From Silvanigrellaceae bacterium (GTDB lineage: Bacteria; Bdellovibrionota_B; Oligoflexia; Silvanigrellales; Silvanigrellaceae), in the NCBI GenBank assembly GCA_049423385.1, contig JBMSQQ010000006.1, positions 1 to 64,000 of the forward strand: a stretch of DNA of 64,000 nt, in the 5' to 3' direction. Both the position numbers and the translations under genes were made by a program. The notes under the pieces were generated by a model. The model ran no database searches. It had not been told where the DNA came from and was given only the letters and a program-made list of their open reading frames with translations. Positions 10,246 through 20,024 of the stretch are shown one piece after another; the first letter of the stretch is position 1, and the number at the start of each line of letters is the position of its first letter.

Positions 10246-12243
10246 TTGACTCTGGAACAAGACCGAACAAAGCACAGAACCATTGAAAATTCAGTACGGC
10301 AGTCGAGTGCCCGATCCAGTGATCGGCCGTCTGCAAGGCTTCCCATCGCATTGCCACAAAGGCCCGGCTGGTTGTCCAAGTCTCCACGCCAGCTCAATTT
10401 TGTCTTTTTCGATCTGGAAACCACGGGTGGCAATCCATCAAACAGCGAAGTCATCGAAATTGCGGCGATCAAAATCCGTGAGGGCAAAGAGGTTGGCCGC
10501 TATCAGACTCTCGTCAATCCCAGGCGCCACATTCCGCGCCCGGTCCGAGAAATCACCGGAATTGATCAGAGCATGGTGCGTGATGCTCCAGTCATCGAAG
10601 ATGTCATCGACGAGCTCCTGCAATTCATCCACGACAGTGTCCTGGTGTCTCATGGAGTGCTGAATGATTTTTCATTCATCGCCCACTACGCTCGAAAAAT
10701 TCGCGCCATTGAGTTGCCCAACTTCTACGTCTGCACGCATCTTCTCGTTTCCAATTTTTTACCCAACATCCCGGTGAAAAGCTTGTCGGGTGTTGCAAAT
10801 TATTTTGGCCTGCCGGTTGGTAATGCACATCGTGCCATGGCAGACGCAGAGATGACTCGTGATGTTTTTTGGGAAATCCAGAAGGTTTGCGAGAAGAATG
10901 GATTCAAGTCGGTTGAGGATCTCCTTAAAATCCAGGCCGACAACCAAACCCTCAATCGTCTTGGTCCAGGGCTGTTGTCCCATCATGTGGACAAGGCACC
11001 CAGTACGCCAGGACTGCTTTATCTTTTCAACTCATCGCGTGAAGTGACATACATGTCGGCGACTCCGAACATGCGCAAGTCACTGATGAATGTCACCGAG
11101 CTGAGTGACGAGCGGGATTTCAATCGCTTGCTCGTCGACGTCACCGATTTCAAATTCGAACGCACCGCGCATTTTCTTGCTGCACTTTTACAGGAAAAGA
11201 AAGAGCTCAAGAAGCTCGAGTTGTCGGTTGATCCTCGCAAATTTGAGGGGCGTGCCGATAACACCATTCAAATCCTTCTGCCGGAAGATTTGTTGCAATA
11301 CTGGGAAGAAAATCCTGCAGCGATTCCATTTTCCCATCCCATCCGGCAGCACAGAGTGCTTGCGGGTGGTTTTCTCCTCGGAGACGGCGAAGCAGACAAG
11401 GCCGACAGCAATGATTCCAGCAATTCAAAAATTGGATTGCCGGATCTTGAAAGAAACCAATACGTCTATGCTCATCTCGAAAATGCCGGGCGCGAGGTTT
11501 TGCGGGTGCCCATCCGCAAAACGAAGAGACTTGTGAATGCGGTCAAAAATCCGAAATACAAACTCAACCGGGTGGCCGACAGCAGGCGCTCAGCTGTTCA
11601 CATGGGTCACCTTGTGGCTGGAACAGGATGGTTTTTTGGCCCAGTCGAGCAACCAAAACTGGTACGAAAGAAACTCGATGAACTCCTGATGCTCTGGCCC
11701 TTTCACGACACGACTCTACCACTTGACCAGCGCGCAGAATTCGTCACCCACTTTATTCAGGTCCTGATTGGCCGGGCTGATGATGAAATCAAACGTATCG
11801 CTGAAGTGAAGAATTCCGTTCGAAATATCTTCAACCCATTCAAGCGCAAGCAGTTCAGCCAGACAATCGAACTTGTCAAAGCACTCAAGGCTGAAGGATA
11901 TGCGCTCCCGGACAGTGCAATTCCCAAAACAGGCATTGCCGTGTTGACCAACAATGACACCAAGGAACTCGACGTTGCCATCGTCATCCGAGGCAGAATT
12001 CGCCAGCAATTGCGACTGCCTCTTGAGGATTCCGAGAAGCTCCGCTCGCAACGCTTCTTCACCAGATTGATGAATCCTTACCGCGACGAGCTTTTCAGTC
12101 CGGAAGATTGTATGGAATTCAACGAAGATATCTGTAATGATCTTGAACTCTTCGCCCACTGGTTCAGCAAACGGCGAGGCGAAGGCGAGTGGGTCGATTT
12201 CGAAACACTTGCACCGCTGTACAACCCCCACACAACTGAATAA
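10246..12243 (+). CDS. DEDDh 3'-5' exonuclease (DnaQ/epsilon-like) fused to a degenerate GIY-YIG-like domain
   Basis: ExoI FDLETTG, ExoII SHGVLNDF, ExoIII HRAMADA, then PSTPGLLYLF...TYMS. Start codon uncertain. Confidence 0.8.
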   Translation: MTLEQDRTKHRTIENSVRQSSARSSDRPSARLPIALPQRPGWLSKSPRQLNFVFFDLETTGGNPSNSEVIEIAAIKIREGKEVGRYQTLVNPRRHIPRPVREITGIDQSMVRDAPVIEDVIDELLQFIHDSVLVSHGVLNDFSFIAHYARKIRAIELPNFYVCTHLLVSNFLPNIPVKSLSGVANYFGLPVGNAHRAMADAEMTRDVFWEIQKVCEKNGFKSVEDLLKIQADNQTLNRLGPGLLSHHVDKAPSTPGLLYLFNSSREVTYMSATPNMRKSLMNVTELSDERDFNRLLVDVTDFKFERTAHFLAALLQEKKELKKLELSVDPRKFEGRADNTIQILLPEDLLQYWEENPAAIPFSHPIRQHRVLAGGFLLGDGEADKADSNDSSNSKIGLPDLERNQYVYAHLENAGREVLRVPIRKTKRLVNAVKNPKYKLNRVADSRRSAVHMGHLVAGTGWFFGPVEQPKLVRKKLDELLMLWPFHDTTLPLDQRAEFVTHFIQVLIGRADDEIKRIAEVKNSVRNIFNPFKRKQFSQTIELVKALKAEGYALPDSAIPKTGIAVLTNNDTKELDVAIVIRGRIRQQLRLPLEDSEKLRSQRFFTRLMNPYRDELFSPEDCMEFNEDICNDLELFAHWFSKRRGEGEWVDFETLAPLYNPHTTE

Positions 12244-12337
12244 ACTCTCGCATCAACCAGATGAGCCCATCGATGCGAACGATTCGTCCCTTCGATGTCT
12301 GCCGAGAGGATTGCTGATGTTCGGATGCAAAATTAAG

Positions 12338-13387
12338 ATGAGCAAATATTCACCTCGCCGTATTGTTTGTCTTGTTACAGGTCTCTGGCTCCTTTCATCA
12401 GCCAGTCCCATCCGCGCGGACGGGCCGGTAGCAGGCAAAGACTCAACGAACCAAACGGGCAGCATCAACGCGAGCACACTCGACGCCGTGATAGTGACGA
12501 TTGCCGACGAGCCACTGCTTCTGAGTGAATTGCAACGAGCAATTTATTTGGCGAGCCAGCATCAGACCAGAATGTCATCCACAGGCCAGCTCATTGGTGG
12601 GTCAATGACATCCACAGATGCAGAAGTCATTCTCGAGCAACTGATCAATCAAAAGATTCTATCGATCAAAACCCGGGAAATGGGTCTCAATCTTGGCGAA
12701 GAAGAACTCGATTCGGAGCTGAGAACATTCTTGCAGCAGCAAAACATCAGCGAAGAGAAATTCGCTGAACTCCTCAAGGCCGAGGGAGAAACTGTTGAGT
12801 CGCACCGCGAAGAATTCGCCAAGCAAATCGAAACCCAAAGATTCATCGGTCGTGTCATCCGACCACTGGTCTCTGTCACGGAAGACCAGATCCGCGGTTA
12901 CTATTCCCAGGATCGCGAAAAGACCCAGCTCATCAAGCTTCGGAGTTTGATGATTGAAATTCCTGCCCGCCTTTCCAGTGATGAGCTTCAGGCGAAAAAG
13001 CGGAGCATTGAAGCCATACGCAGGGATGTCGATGCCGGCAGGCCTTTCATTGAATTGGTCAAATTGTATTCAGAAGACAAGGATGCGCTGAAAACCAACG
13101 GCGATTTGCCGGCACGACAACTCAGTTCGTTGCCAGAAAAGCTGCAAGTCCGATTGAAGGGAAAAAAGCCACCACTTGTCGTCGGCCCACTAGAAATCGG
13201 CAGCGCAGTTTTCTTCTTTGAATATCTCGGAACAGAACTGGGCAATCAAAAAGAATACGAGAAGCTGAAGCCACAACTCGAGGCTCGGCTGCTCGATATC
13301 AAATTTCGCGAACGACTGGACGAATATCTGCGCAGCGAGCGGCTGAAATTCAAAATCAACCGCAGGGAGTTGAAAATCCTTCGCTGA
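12338..13387 (+). CDS. surA: SurA-like periplasmic chaperone / peptidyl-prolyl isomerase
   Basis: Signal peptide, LDAVIVTIADEPLLLSEL (SurA_N-like), ILEQLINQKIL, parvulin-like FIELVKLYSED..GDL. Confidence 0.75.
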   Translation: MSKYSPRRIVCLVTGLWLLSSASPIRADGPVAGKDSTNQTGSINASTLDAVIVTIADEPLLLSELQRAIYLASQHQTRMSSTGQLIGGSMTSTDAEVILEQLINQKILSIKTREMGLNLGEEELDSELRTFLQQQNISEEKFAELLKAEGETVESHREEFAKQIETQRFIGRVIRPLVSVTEDQIRGYYSQDREKTQLIKLRSLMIEIPARLSSDELQAKKRSIEAIRRDVDAGRPFIELVKLYSEDKDALKTNGDLPARQLSSLPEKLQVRLKGKKPPLVVGPLEIGSAVFFFEYLGTELGNQKEYEKLKPQLEARLLDIKFRERLDEYLRSERLKFKINRRELKILR

Positions 13388-13413
13388 TTATTTGTGGAAT
13401 TGTCTACACCTGT

Positions 13414-14535
13414 TTATTTCCGTAGCTTCGTGAATATCTGCCAGCGCTTCTTCAATTCCGGCGGTGCCGTCTCTTCATCGACAACCTGGCTCAAGGGAAT
13501 GCTTTGCGGTGGTGCCGACAGGTCCTTGTCGCTGAATGCTTGTTCAACCGGCTCGCTCGCAGTTCCTTTGGCCGAGCTTTGATCTGCAACTCCAATCATG
13601 GACTGAGGAATCATGGAGTACTCGGGACCACCGGCAGACGCTCGAGGATCATTTCGACTTGAGACAGTTCCGCTGGCGGATGGGAGACTCAAGCCCATGG
13701 ATCCGGGCCCATGTGACGTCGGATCCATCGTCAATGATGTGGGGGCATTGGATACGCCAGATGCTGGATAACCTCCTGCAACACTGCCAACACCCGACGC
13801 ATTTCGCCTGCCCTTGATGAGCAAGGCTAAAACCGCAAATACCGCGACTGCGGCTACAGCCCAAGGCAGATAAGCCTGAACCAACGCTGCAAGCGCTGTC
13901 GATTGAGGTTGGGGCGCACTCTTGAATTCAAGTGAAGTCATGTAGGGATAGTAGAGTTCAAGGTTGCGATCGAAATTGAGTCGGTGGTCCGACAGCGTGA
14001 CGCGATACCTGACTGTTTCATCTCCCATGACTAGAATGGCCTGACCTGCATCGACACCATCTGTCTTGAAAGAGACGTAGTACAAAAGCCCGGAATGTCC
14101 GCCTGGCAGGTCTCTCAAAAGATTCTTCTGAAAAATTTGAAACTCGGAACCTGCGCCATTGAATCGAATGAAACTTTCTTCGATCTCTTTTGCAGTTGCA
14201 TCCAACGATTCCTGGTTGAATGTCACGGGTTTTTTTACAACCGCGACTGTGATGCTGGGATCCGCCACGACACCCTTGGGCAACTTTATCCGCTCCGCCT
14301 TGCTCGAAGGCTTCAGCGTCACGGCGAATCTTTGCGTGCCAACCTCGGCAATCCATTTGGGTGGAATCTTGATCTTGAATTCCTGACCGGACTCTCGCGA
14401 TTCATAGTAATCCATGAACACCGGCGTTTTCGCCTGGGATGGTTTGGAATGTGCTGCAAAGGGCCAAACAGTCATCAAGACTGAAAAAATTCCGATACAG
14501 ACAAGTTTCCAGAGCCTCCCAAGATTAGACAGCAT
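13414..14535 (-). CDS. Exported, membrane-anchored hypothetical protein (possible PsbP/DcrB-like domain, one TM helix, disordered tail)
   Basis: Signal peptide ending AAHS, FKIKIPPKW motif, TM LPWAVAAVAVFAVLALLI, S/P/G-rich tail; overlaps the upstream TPR gene by 11 bp. Confidence 0.6.
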   Translation of the reverse strand: MLSNLGRLWKLVCIGIFSVLMTVWPFAAHSKPSQAKTPVFMDYYESRESGQEFKIKIPPKWIAEVGTQRFAVTLKPSSKAERIKLPKGVVADPSITVAVVKKPVTFNQESLDATAKEIEESFIRFNGAGSEFQIFQKNLLRDLPGGHSGLLYYVSFKTDGVDAGQAILVMGDETVRYRVTLSDHRLNFDRNLELYYPYMTSLEFKSAPQPQSTALAALVQAYLPWAVAAVAVFAVLALLIKGRRNASGVGSVAGGYPASGVSNAPTSLTMDPTSHGPGSMGLSLPSASGTVSSRNDPRASAGGPEYSMIPQSMIGVADQSSAKGTASEPVEQAFSDKDLSAPPQSIPLSQVVDEETAPPELKKRWQIFTKLRK

Positions 14536-16081
14536 ACCGAACGGCCTCTGTCTGCTGAGTCAGGCGGAGCGAACGCTCCACCGCGCGCACGAGCGTCTCA
14601 CTCGTTTCCGGGTCAGTATCGAGAAAATAAACCGGAGAATTCGCTGAGAAGTTTTCACAGCCAAAGAAATCAAGCAAGGCTGTTGTTCCCCGCCCAAGCT
14701 GCAAATCAACCGGTGTTTCGAGATCCTGGAAGCGACCGACACACACAGCAAATCCGTAGCGTGAATCGGGCGTGACTTCGCTGAGTGTGCACATGACGCC
14801 AACAATCTGTTGTTGACCGGTTCTCCAGTCATTGCTTCCAAAACGTCGAGCAACAAGAACAAGATCTCCCTTGTTCACAGAGTCCGGGCTGCGCAGCAGC
14901 AAATTGGCATGTCTTCTGAAGTTTTCGACATCATGGTCTTCCACTGAAAGAATCCATGCTCTTGGTGATCCCGCGGTGGACTCCGACAATTGATTGGGAC
15001 GACCGTTTCCACGACGCGAAGTCTTGGTGTTTTCGCCAACTCCCAATTCAGTCAATGCAAGACGCAGGGGGGCTTCTGAAAGACCCAATTTTTCGGCCGA
15101 ACTGATCGCAGTCGAGATTGCACGCACTGCTTCATCACGATGCTCTTCCATTCGATAGCGCTCGTAAAGGCGCTTGCTCAGTGCACCGAGTGTTGCACTG
15201 AAATCATAATCATTGCTTTCAAAGAGATAATTCGAAGACACCAGAATGTCTCTTGCAGCGAGGAGATCTCCGGTTTTCTCGAGACAATTCGCCAAGGCAA
15301 TCAGGGCGTCCGTGTTGTCTGGATTGTCGGCAACAAGCTCCTGCAACACACGCACAGCTTCACTCCAACGCCCTTGCGCGACCGCAAGTCGTGCTGCGCC
15401 CCAGAAAGGCTCTGGACAGCGAGGAAAACGCGAGTGAATCAATTCAAAGGCTTTCGATGCCTCTTCAAGATAATCATTTTCGAGCGAATAAACGAGATAA
15501 TTGCGCGCAAGAAAGTAATTTTCCTTGTTGTGTACATTCAATGCCTGAAGATATTGGAGTCCGCGTTCACGTCGCATCCGGTTCGGTGATTCACAATTAT
15601 AAACAGCGACGCATTCAACATGAGAAATGCTGCGGCGAAGATTTGATGCGTTTAAAGATTTGATGATTTTTCCGCTGAAGCGGCGCTCGCCCGAATAGGC
15701 CAAAGCAAGCGCTGCAAGTGGCAAAAAGGACTTGGATGAGTGACGAAGGCCAAGAAGATGCCTTGAGAGTGTTTTCAATGCCGCGAAGTTGTAGTCAACG
15801 CGCAGGGATTCAATCCAGAAGCGGTAAAGTCTGAAGGTTGCCCTGAAACCGCATCCCGCTGCGATGACCCGCGATGCGATCTCCTCAACCTGGTCCCACG
15901 AGCCCTTCCAGAACAGAAGCTCACATCCTCGCAGTGCTGCGTTGATGTCGCCAGTCTTCAATTCGCCTCGTGCAAGTCCTTGCTCCACGCGATCAAGCAG
16001 CCTGGTGATCTCGGGATTGAATGTTCCCGAAGCGCTGAGATTTTTGTGTGGATAGAACCTGTTTCCGCGTCTTTCACCCAT
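14525..16081 (-). CDS. Tetratricopeptide-repeat protein with a C-terminal EVE/PUA-like domain
   Basis: TPR patterns (PEPFWGAARLAVAQGRWSEAVRVLQELVADNPDNTDALIALANCLEKTGD) and C-terminal WILSV...VNKGDLVLV...IVGV..LSEVTPD...LETPVDL; GGAG before ATG 16081. Confidence 0.7.
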   Translation of the reverse strand: MGERRGNRFYPHKNLSASGTFNPEITRLLDRVEQGLARGELKTGDINAALRGCELLFWKGSWDQVEEIASRVIAAGCGFRATFRLYRFWIESLRVDYNFAALKTLSRHLLGLRHSSKSFLPLAALALAYSGERRFSGKIIKSLNASNLRRSISHVECVAVYNCESPNRMRRERGLQYLQALNVHNKENYFLARNYLVYSLENDYLEEASKAFELIHSRFPRCPEPFWGAARLAVAQGRWSEAVRVLQELVADNPDNTDALIALANCLEKTGDLLAARDILVSSNYLFESNDYDFSATLGALSKRLYERYRMEEHRDEAVRAISTAISSAEKLGLSEAPLRLALTELGVGENTKTSRRGNGRPNQLSESTAGSPRAWILSVEDHDVENFRRHANLLLRSPDSVNKGDLVLVARRFGSNDWRTGQQQIVGVMCTLSEVTPDSRYGFAVCVGRFQDLETPVDLQLGRGTTALLDFFGCENFSANSPVYFLDTDPETSETLVRAVERSLRLTQQTEAVRYAV

Positions 16082-16212
16082 ACGTTCGACTCCTTCCGGC
16101 TGATCCGACTGTAGCAATCGGAAGAGGTATCGGTGAGGAACAAAACTTCACTGAGGGGTGGCACGTCAAAGGCAGTTTCCGGGGTGAAAATTCGAACAGG
16201 CAAATTGAGCCG

Positions 16213-18675
16213 TCAGAACTCAACGACCTGATCTGCAAAGCGAAGAAACTCTTCCCTGTTCTCGAGGACGACAAAGCTTGCACCACGGGAAACCATCATC
16301 CGCAACAATCGCCCCAAGGTGGCGATGTCGGGCGTGTGAAGACCGGTGCCTGGATGCAGAAGCATGAACCAAGCACCCTCCAGCTGTGACCTTCGCAACT
16401 CAAGTGTGAGCGTGAGTCTTTGCAATTCACCTCCACTGAGTGAATCCATTCCCTGGCCCAGAGTGATATAACCAAGGCCAAACTGGAGAGCGGCAGCGAG
16501 CCGGCTTTCAACAAGCCTGACGTGAGCAAAGAACTGGCGAGCTTCATCCAGCGACAGACTCATAATCTCCGCAAGATTGAGTCCCTTGAAACGTGGGACG
16601 AGGCTTCTTTGGGAAAGTTTCGTTCCCAGACACTCCTCACAATTGATCTCAACAGGTGGTCCGAAGCGCTGCGGAATTTCGAGATATCCACGGCCTTCGC
16701 AGGATTCGCAACGGCCGGATTTTGAATTCCAGGAAAAGTGAGAAGGAGTCAGGCCCATCACCTGGGACTGAGGCAGCTGGGCAAAAATTTCCCTTATGGG
16801 AACAAGTATATCAAGCGCTGCCGCAACCGTGCGCCGTGAAGTCCGGACAAGACTTCCAGGCCGAACATCGTGCAGTGACGTCACCAAAAGTGGTCCTTCG
16901 GGAACAACCTTGCAGAACTCCAATTGATGACTTGAAAGTTTGTTTGAATCCAGCAACTTTTCAAGCGAAGGTCGTACACAAAGCTCAAGCACCGAGCTCT
17001 TTCCTCGCCCAGCCTCTCCACGCAGGAGCGTGAGTCCTGCCTGCTGAATTTTGATTTTTTGCACCTTGGCTGTTCTCACTTTGACGCTCTCGAGGATCAT
17101 CGCAGCAGGTTGCTTTTCTGTTGGCAATTCGGGCTCTCCCTTGCGGCGGCGACGGCCGGTGTCGAGTCCAACGCCCGTTCCCGCCTCGAGGGCCTTCGTC
17201 GTCGTTGCAGAATCGAAAAGCTGAGCTTCCTTCTTCAACAGCATCTTGACGATTTGATCGGTGCCAACAAAATGTTCCGTAATGCGTCCACCCAGTCGGC
17301 CAGCACCGGGTCCCATCAGAAAAATCTCGTCGCAATGCTGAAGGAACTGCGGATGATGTTCAACCACCACAACCGATGAACCACCGTCGACGAGCGAACG
17401 CAAAACCTTCACCAATCGCGCCACCTCGGCACCTGTGAGACCCTGACAAGGCTCGTCCATGATATAGAGTGCACCTCGCAGCTGATTTGAAATCATCGAT
17501 GCAAGCCTGAGACGCTGAAGATCGCCTGGAGACAAACTTCCACCATCGCGATTGAGCGTGAGGTGTTCAAGTCCAAGTGCGCACATTGTTTCAACCAACC
17601 GAAGCGCTTCAGACAAAACCTGGTTCTTGGCTCTTTCGCTTCCTGCATCCTGTCGAAAGGAAGTCGAGAGGTGCATGAGCAATTCCTGCAGAGGATTTTG
17701 ATGCAGTTTTTCGAAGTTCAGACCCTGAACCCGGACGATCGGACGACTGGGATCGAGACGGCTTCCTGCACATTTCTTGCAGGGATAGAGGTCTGCCGGA
17801 AGTTCCTCCTCAAGTGCGCCCGTTCCTGCGCAAGTTTCACACTGTGCCAAAGAGGAATGACTAAAGTAACGCGGGTCGAGTCGGGGCGCACTTTCTCCAC
17901 ATTGCGGACAAGCCGACTTCGTGTTGAATTTTTGAATCTCGGACTTGCACTCGATCTTGACCACTCCCTTGCCATATTCAAGTGCTTGCCCGATGGCCCG
18001 TTCAAGGCGTGCCATTCGTTCAGGCAGCACCTGCACAGCATCGATCAGAACTTCGATGGTGTTGAGTTTTTTTGCGTCAATCAAGATTTTCTGATCATCG
18101 TCCTGCAGTGAATATGTTTCTGCATTGACGCGAATCTTCGAAAATCCAAGTTGTCTGAATTTTTCTATCTCTGTGCTGAAGCCACCTTTTCGGCGCTCCA
18201 CGATGGGCGCGACGACCGTGATTTTCTGGCCATCGAAGCTTTGGCTGATCTTGCTCATCAATTCACGAAAGGGTGTTGCCCGGAGCGGAACATCGCAATG
18301 GCGACAGTGAACATCTCCAAAGGCAGCAAAATAAACGCGCAAAAGATCGCTGACTCCGGAAATCGTTCCCACTGTAGAGAGTTTACCTGCCACCCCTTGC
18401 CGTTGAGACAAACCCAGTGCGGGAGGAAGACCACGAATAGCCTTGAATTTGGGACGCACTGTTCTTGACCAAAAAGAGTGGCCCATGAGTTGAACCGGGG
18501 CATGACTGGCGTCCGCGAAACGCCGAAAAGCCTCGACATAAAGTGTATCGAAAACCAAACTGGACTTTCCGGAGCCACTGACACCCGTGAATGCCACAAG
18601 CTTGTGTTTGCTGATGTCGACATCGACGGACTGCAAATTGTGCTCATGTGCACCTTTTACCTCGATCGTCTGCAT
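16213..18675 (-). CDS. uvrA: Atypical UvrA-family ABC ATPase (820 aa)
   Basis: GAHEHNL, TGVSGSGKSSL, STVGT, Cys-pair Zn modules, YIMDEP, second P-loop GEAGRGKSS, LGQ..LSGGELQRL; several motifs are degenerate (see findings). Confidence 0.85.
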   Translation of the reverse strand: MQTIEVKGAHEHNLQSVDVDISKHKLVAFTGVSGSGKSSLVFDTLYVEAFRRFADASHAPVQLMGHSFWSRTVRPKFKAIRGLPPALGLSQRQGVAGKLSTVGTISGVSDLLRVYFAAFGDVHCRHCDVPLRATPFRELMSKISQSFDGQKITVVAPIVERRKGGFSTEIEKFRQLGFSKIRVNAETYSLQDDDQKILIDAKKLNTIEVLIDAVQVLPERMARLERAIGQALEYGKGVVKIECKSEIQKFNTKSACPQCGESAPRLDPRYFSHSSLAQCETCAGTGALEEELPADLYPCKKCAGSRLDPSRPIVRVQGLNFEKLHQNPLQELLMHLSTSFRQDAGSERAKNQVLSEALRLVETMCALGLEHLTLNRDGGSLSPGDLQRLRLASMISNQLRGALYIMDEPCQGLTGAEVARLVKVLRSLVDGGSSVVVVEHHPQFLQHCDEIFLMGPGAGRLGGRITEHFVGTDQIVKMLLKKEAQLFDSATTTKALEAGTGVGLDTGRRRRKGEPELPTEKQPAAMILESVKVRTAKVQKIKIQQAGLTLLRGEAGRGKSSVLELCVRPSLEKLLDSNKLSSHQLEFCKVVPEGPLLVTSLHDVRPGSLVRTSRRTVAAALDILVPIREIFAQLPQSQVMGLTPSHFSWNSKSGRCESCEGRGYLEIPQRFGPPVEINCEECLGTKLSQRSLVPRFKGLNLAEIMSLSLDEARQFFAHVRLVESRLAAALQFGLGYITLGQGMDSLSGGELQRLTLTLELRRSQLEGAWFMLLHPGTGLHTPDIATLGRLLRMMVSRGASFVVLENREEFLRFADQVVEF

Positions 18676-18809
18676 TTTGCCTTTTCCTCCGATGTCCCGT
18701 CATTGACGCCGTGCGCACTATATCAGAGTCGGGTACGATTGAACTGTCTCCCATTGGAAGGGAGTCAGCCGCTGGTGGTCTTCCCAATGGTGGGCCCAGC
18801 CATGAACGG

Positions 18810-19982
18810 ATGAAATATATGATAAACAGTGAAAGCAACATGGCGAGTGCAGACGTGTCCAAACAAATCGACTTTCAAGCAGTTTTGAAAGCCCACGAAC
18901 AGGGCCTCAACCAGCCTGAGGGCACGATGACGCTGATCGCTGGCGATGCCAGCGACCGGAAGTTCTACCGCCTGCAATCCGAGGAATTCAGTGCCATTTG
19001 CATGAAGTTCCCCAAATGGGAAGGCGGATATGGCGGAGATCCACTCAGCTGGTTGGGCATGCAATCGGCACTCGTGGGTATCGGCATACCAGTTCCGCGC
19101 GTTCTTTTTGTGGATGAGCAAAATGCGTGCATCTGGACAGAGGATTTCGGCGACCATTTTCTCAACTTCAGCCTTGGCAATCGAATCCTCGATGAGAAGG
19201 ACAACGAGTGCGCAGCAACCCTTGGGCTTTTTAGAGACGCACTCGATTTGCTGGTCCAGGTGCAATACCCGCGCCGTCATTTGCTCAAACATCCAGCGCA
19301 AGACAGGGCATTCGATTTTGAAAAACTGATGTTCGAAATGAATTTTTTCATGACCCACTTTGTGAAGGGTTGGCTTGGCCTGCCGCTCACGGAAAGCGAT
19401 CCTCGTGACCGTGAATTGGTGAAGGAAATGGAATCTGTCTGCACACTTCTTCACGGTGCCGAGCGGGTACTCTGTCATCGCGATTATCACGTGAGGAATG
19501 TGATGGTCGTGCACGGCGGTATTCGCTGGATTGATTTTCAGGATGCCCGCATGGGACCTCACACATACGATGTCGTCAGTCTGATTCGCGACAGCTACAC
19601 CAAAATCACCCCGGCAACCCGGGTTTCGCTGTTGAAGTTCTATGGAGCCAAACTCAATGAGGCAAGGTCCCGAGCAGGACGAAATCCGCTCGGCAACGAG
19701 GAGCTGTTCCATGAAGCTTCATTGATGGGACTCCAACGCAACATCAAAGCTCTTGGCAGCTTTGGTTACCTTGCAACGCAAAAGCAAAAGACCGGCTATC
19801 TGAAATACGTCAGCTCGACGATCGAAACGATTTTAGCAGATGACTTTTCCAAGGGATCTGGAATGCGAATTGCCGACGCGTTCCCTGCAACCGGCGAATT
19901 CCTGCACGACATCATCCACGGACGATGGAAAGCACTCTTTGAATCAAAGCTTCGTGCTTATGGAGTCAATGAGACGTTCTGA
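18810..19982 (+). CDS. amgK: APH-family anomeric MurNAc/GlcNAc kinase (AmgK-like)
   Basis: IAGDASDRKFYR, EDFGD, CHRDYHVRNVM, IDFQDARMGP..YDVVSL..D, QRNIKALGSF. Start could be 18810 or 18840. Confidence 0.8.
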   Translation: MKYMINSESNMASADVSKQIDFQAVLKAHEQGLNQPEGTMTLIAGDASDRKFYRLQSEEFSAICMKFPKWEGGYGGDPLSWLGMQSALVGIGIPVPRVLFVDEQNACIWTEDFGDHFLNFSLGNRILDEKDNECAATLGLFRDALDLLVQVQYPRRHLLKHPAQDRAFDFEKLMFEMNFFMTHFVKGWLGLPLTESDPRDRELVKEMESVCTLLHGAERVLCHRDYHVRNVMVVHGGIRWIDFQDARMGPHTYDVVSLIRDSYTKITPATRVSLLKFYGAKLNEARSRAGRNPLGNEELFHEASLMGLQRNIKALGSFGYLATQKQKTGYLKYVSSTIETILADDFSKGSGMRIADAFPATGEFLHDIIHGRWKALFESKLRAYGVNETF

Positions 19983-20024
19983 TCAGGGGCTGAAATTGGG
20001 CCTGGAGCTGAACTCCGCCCCTCA

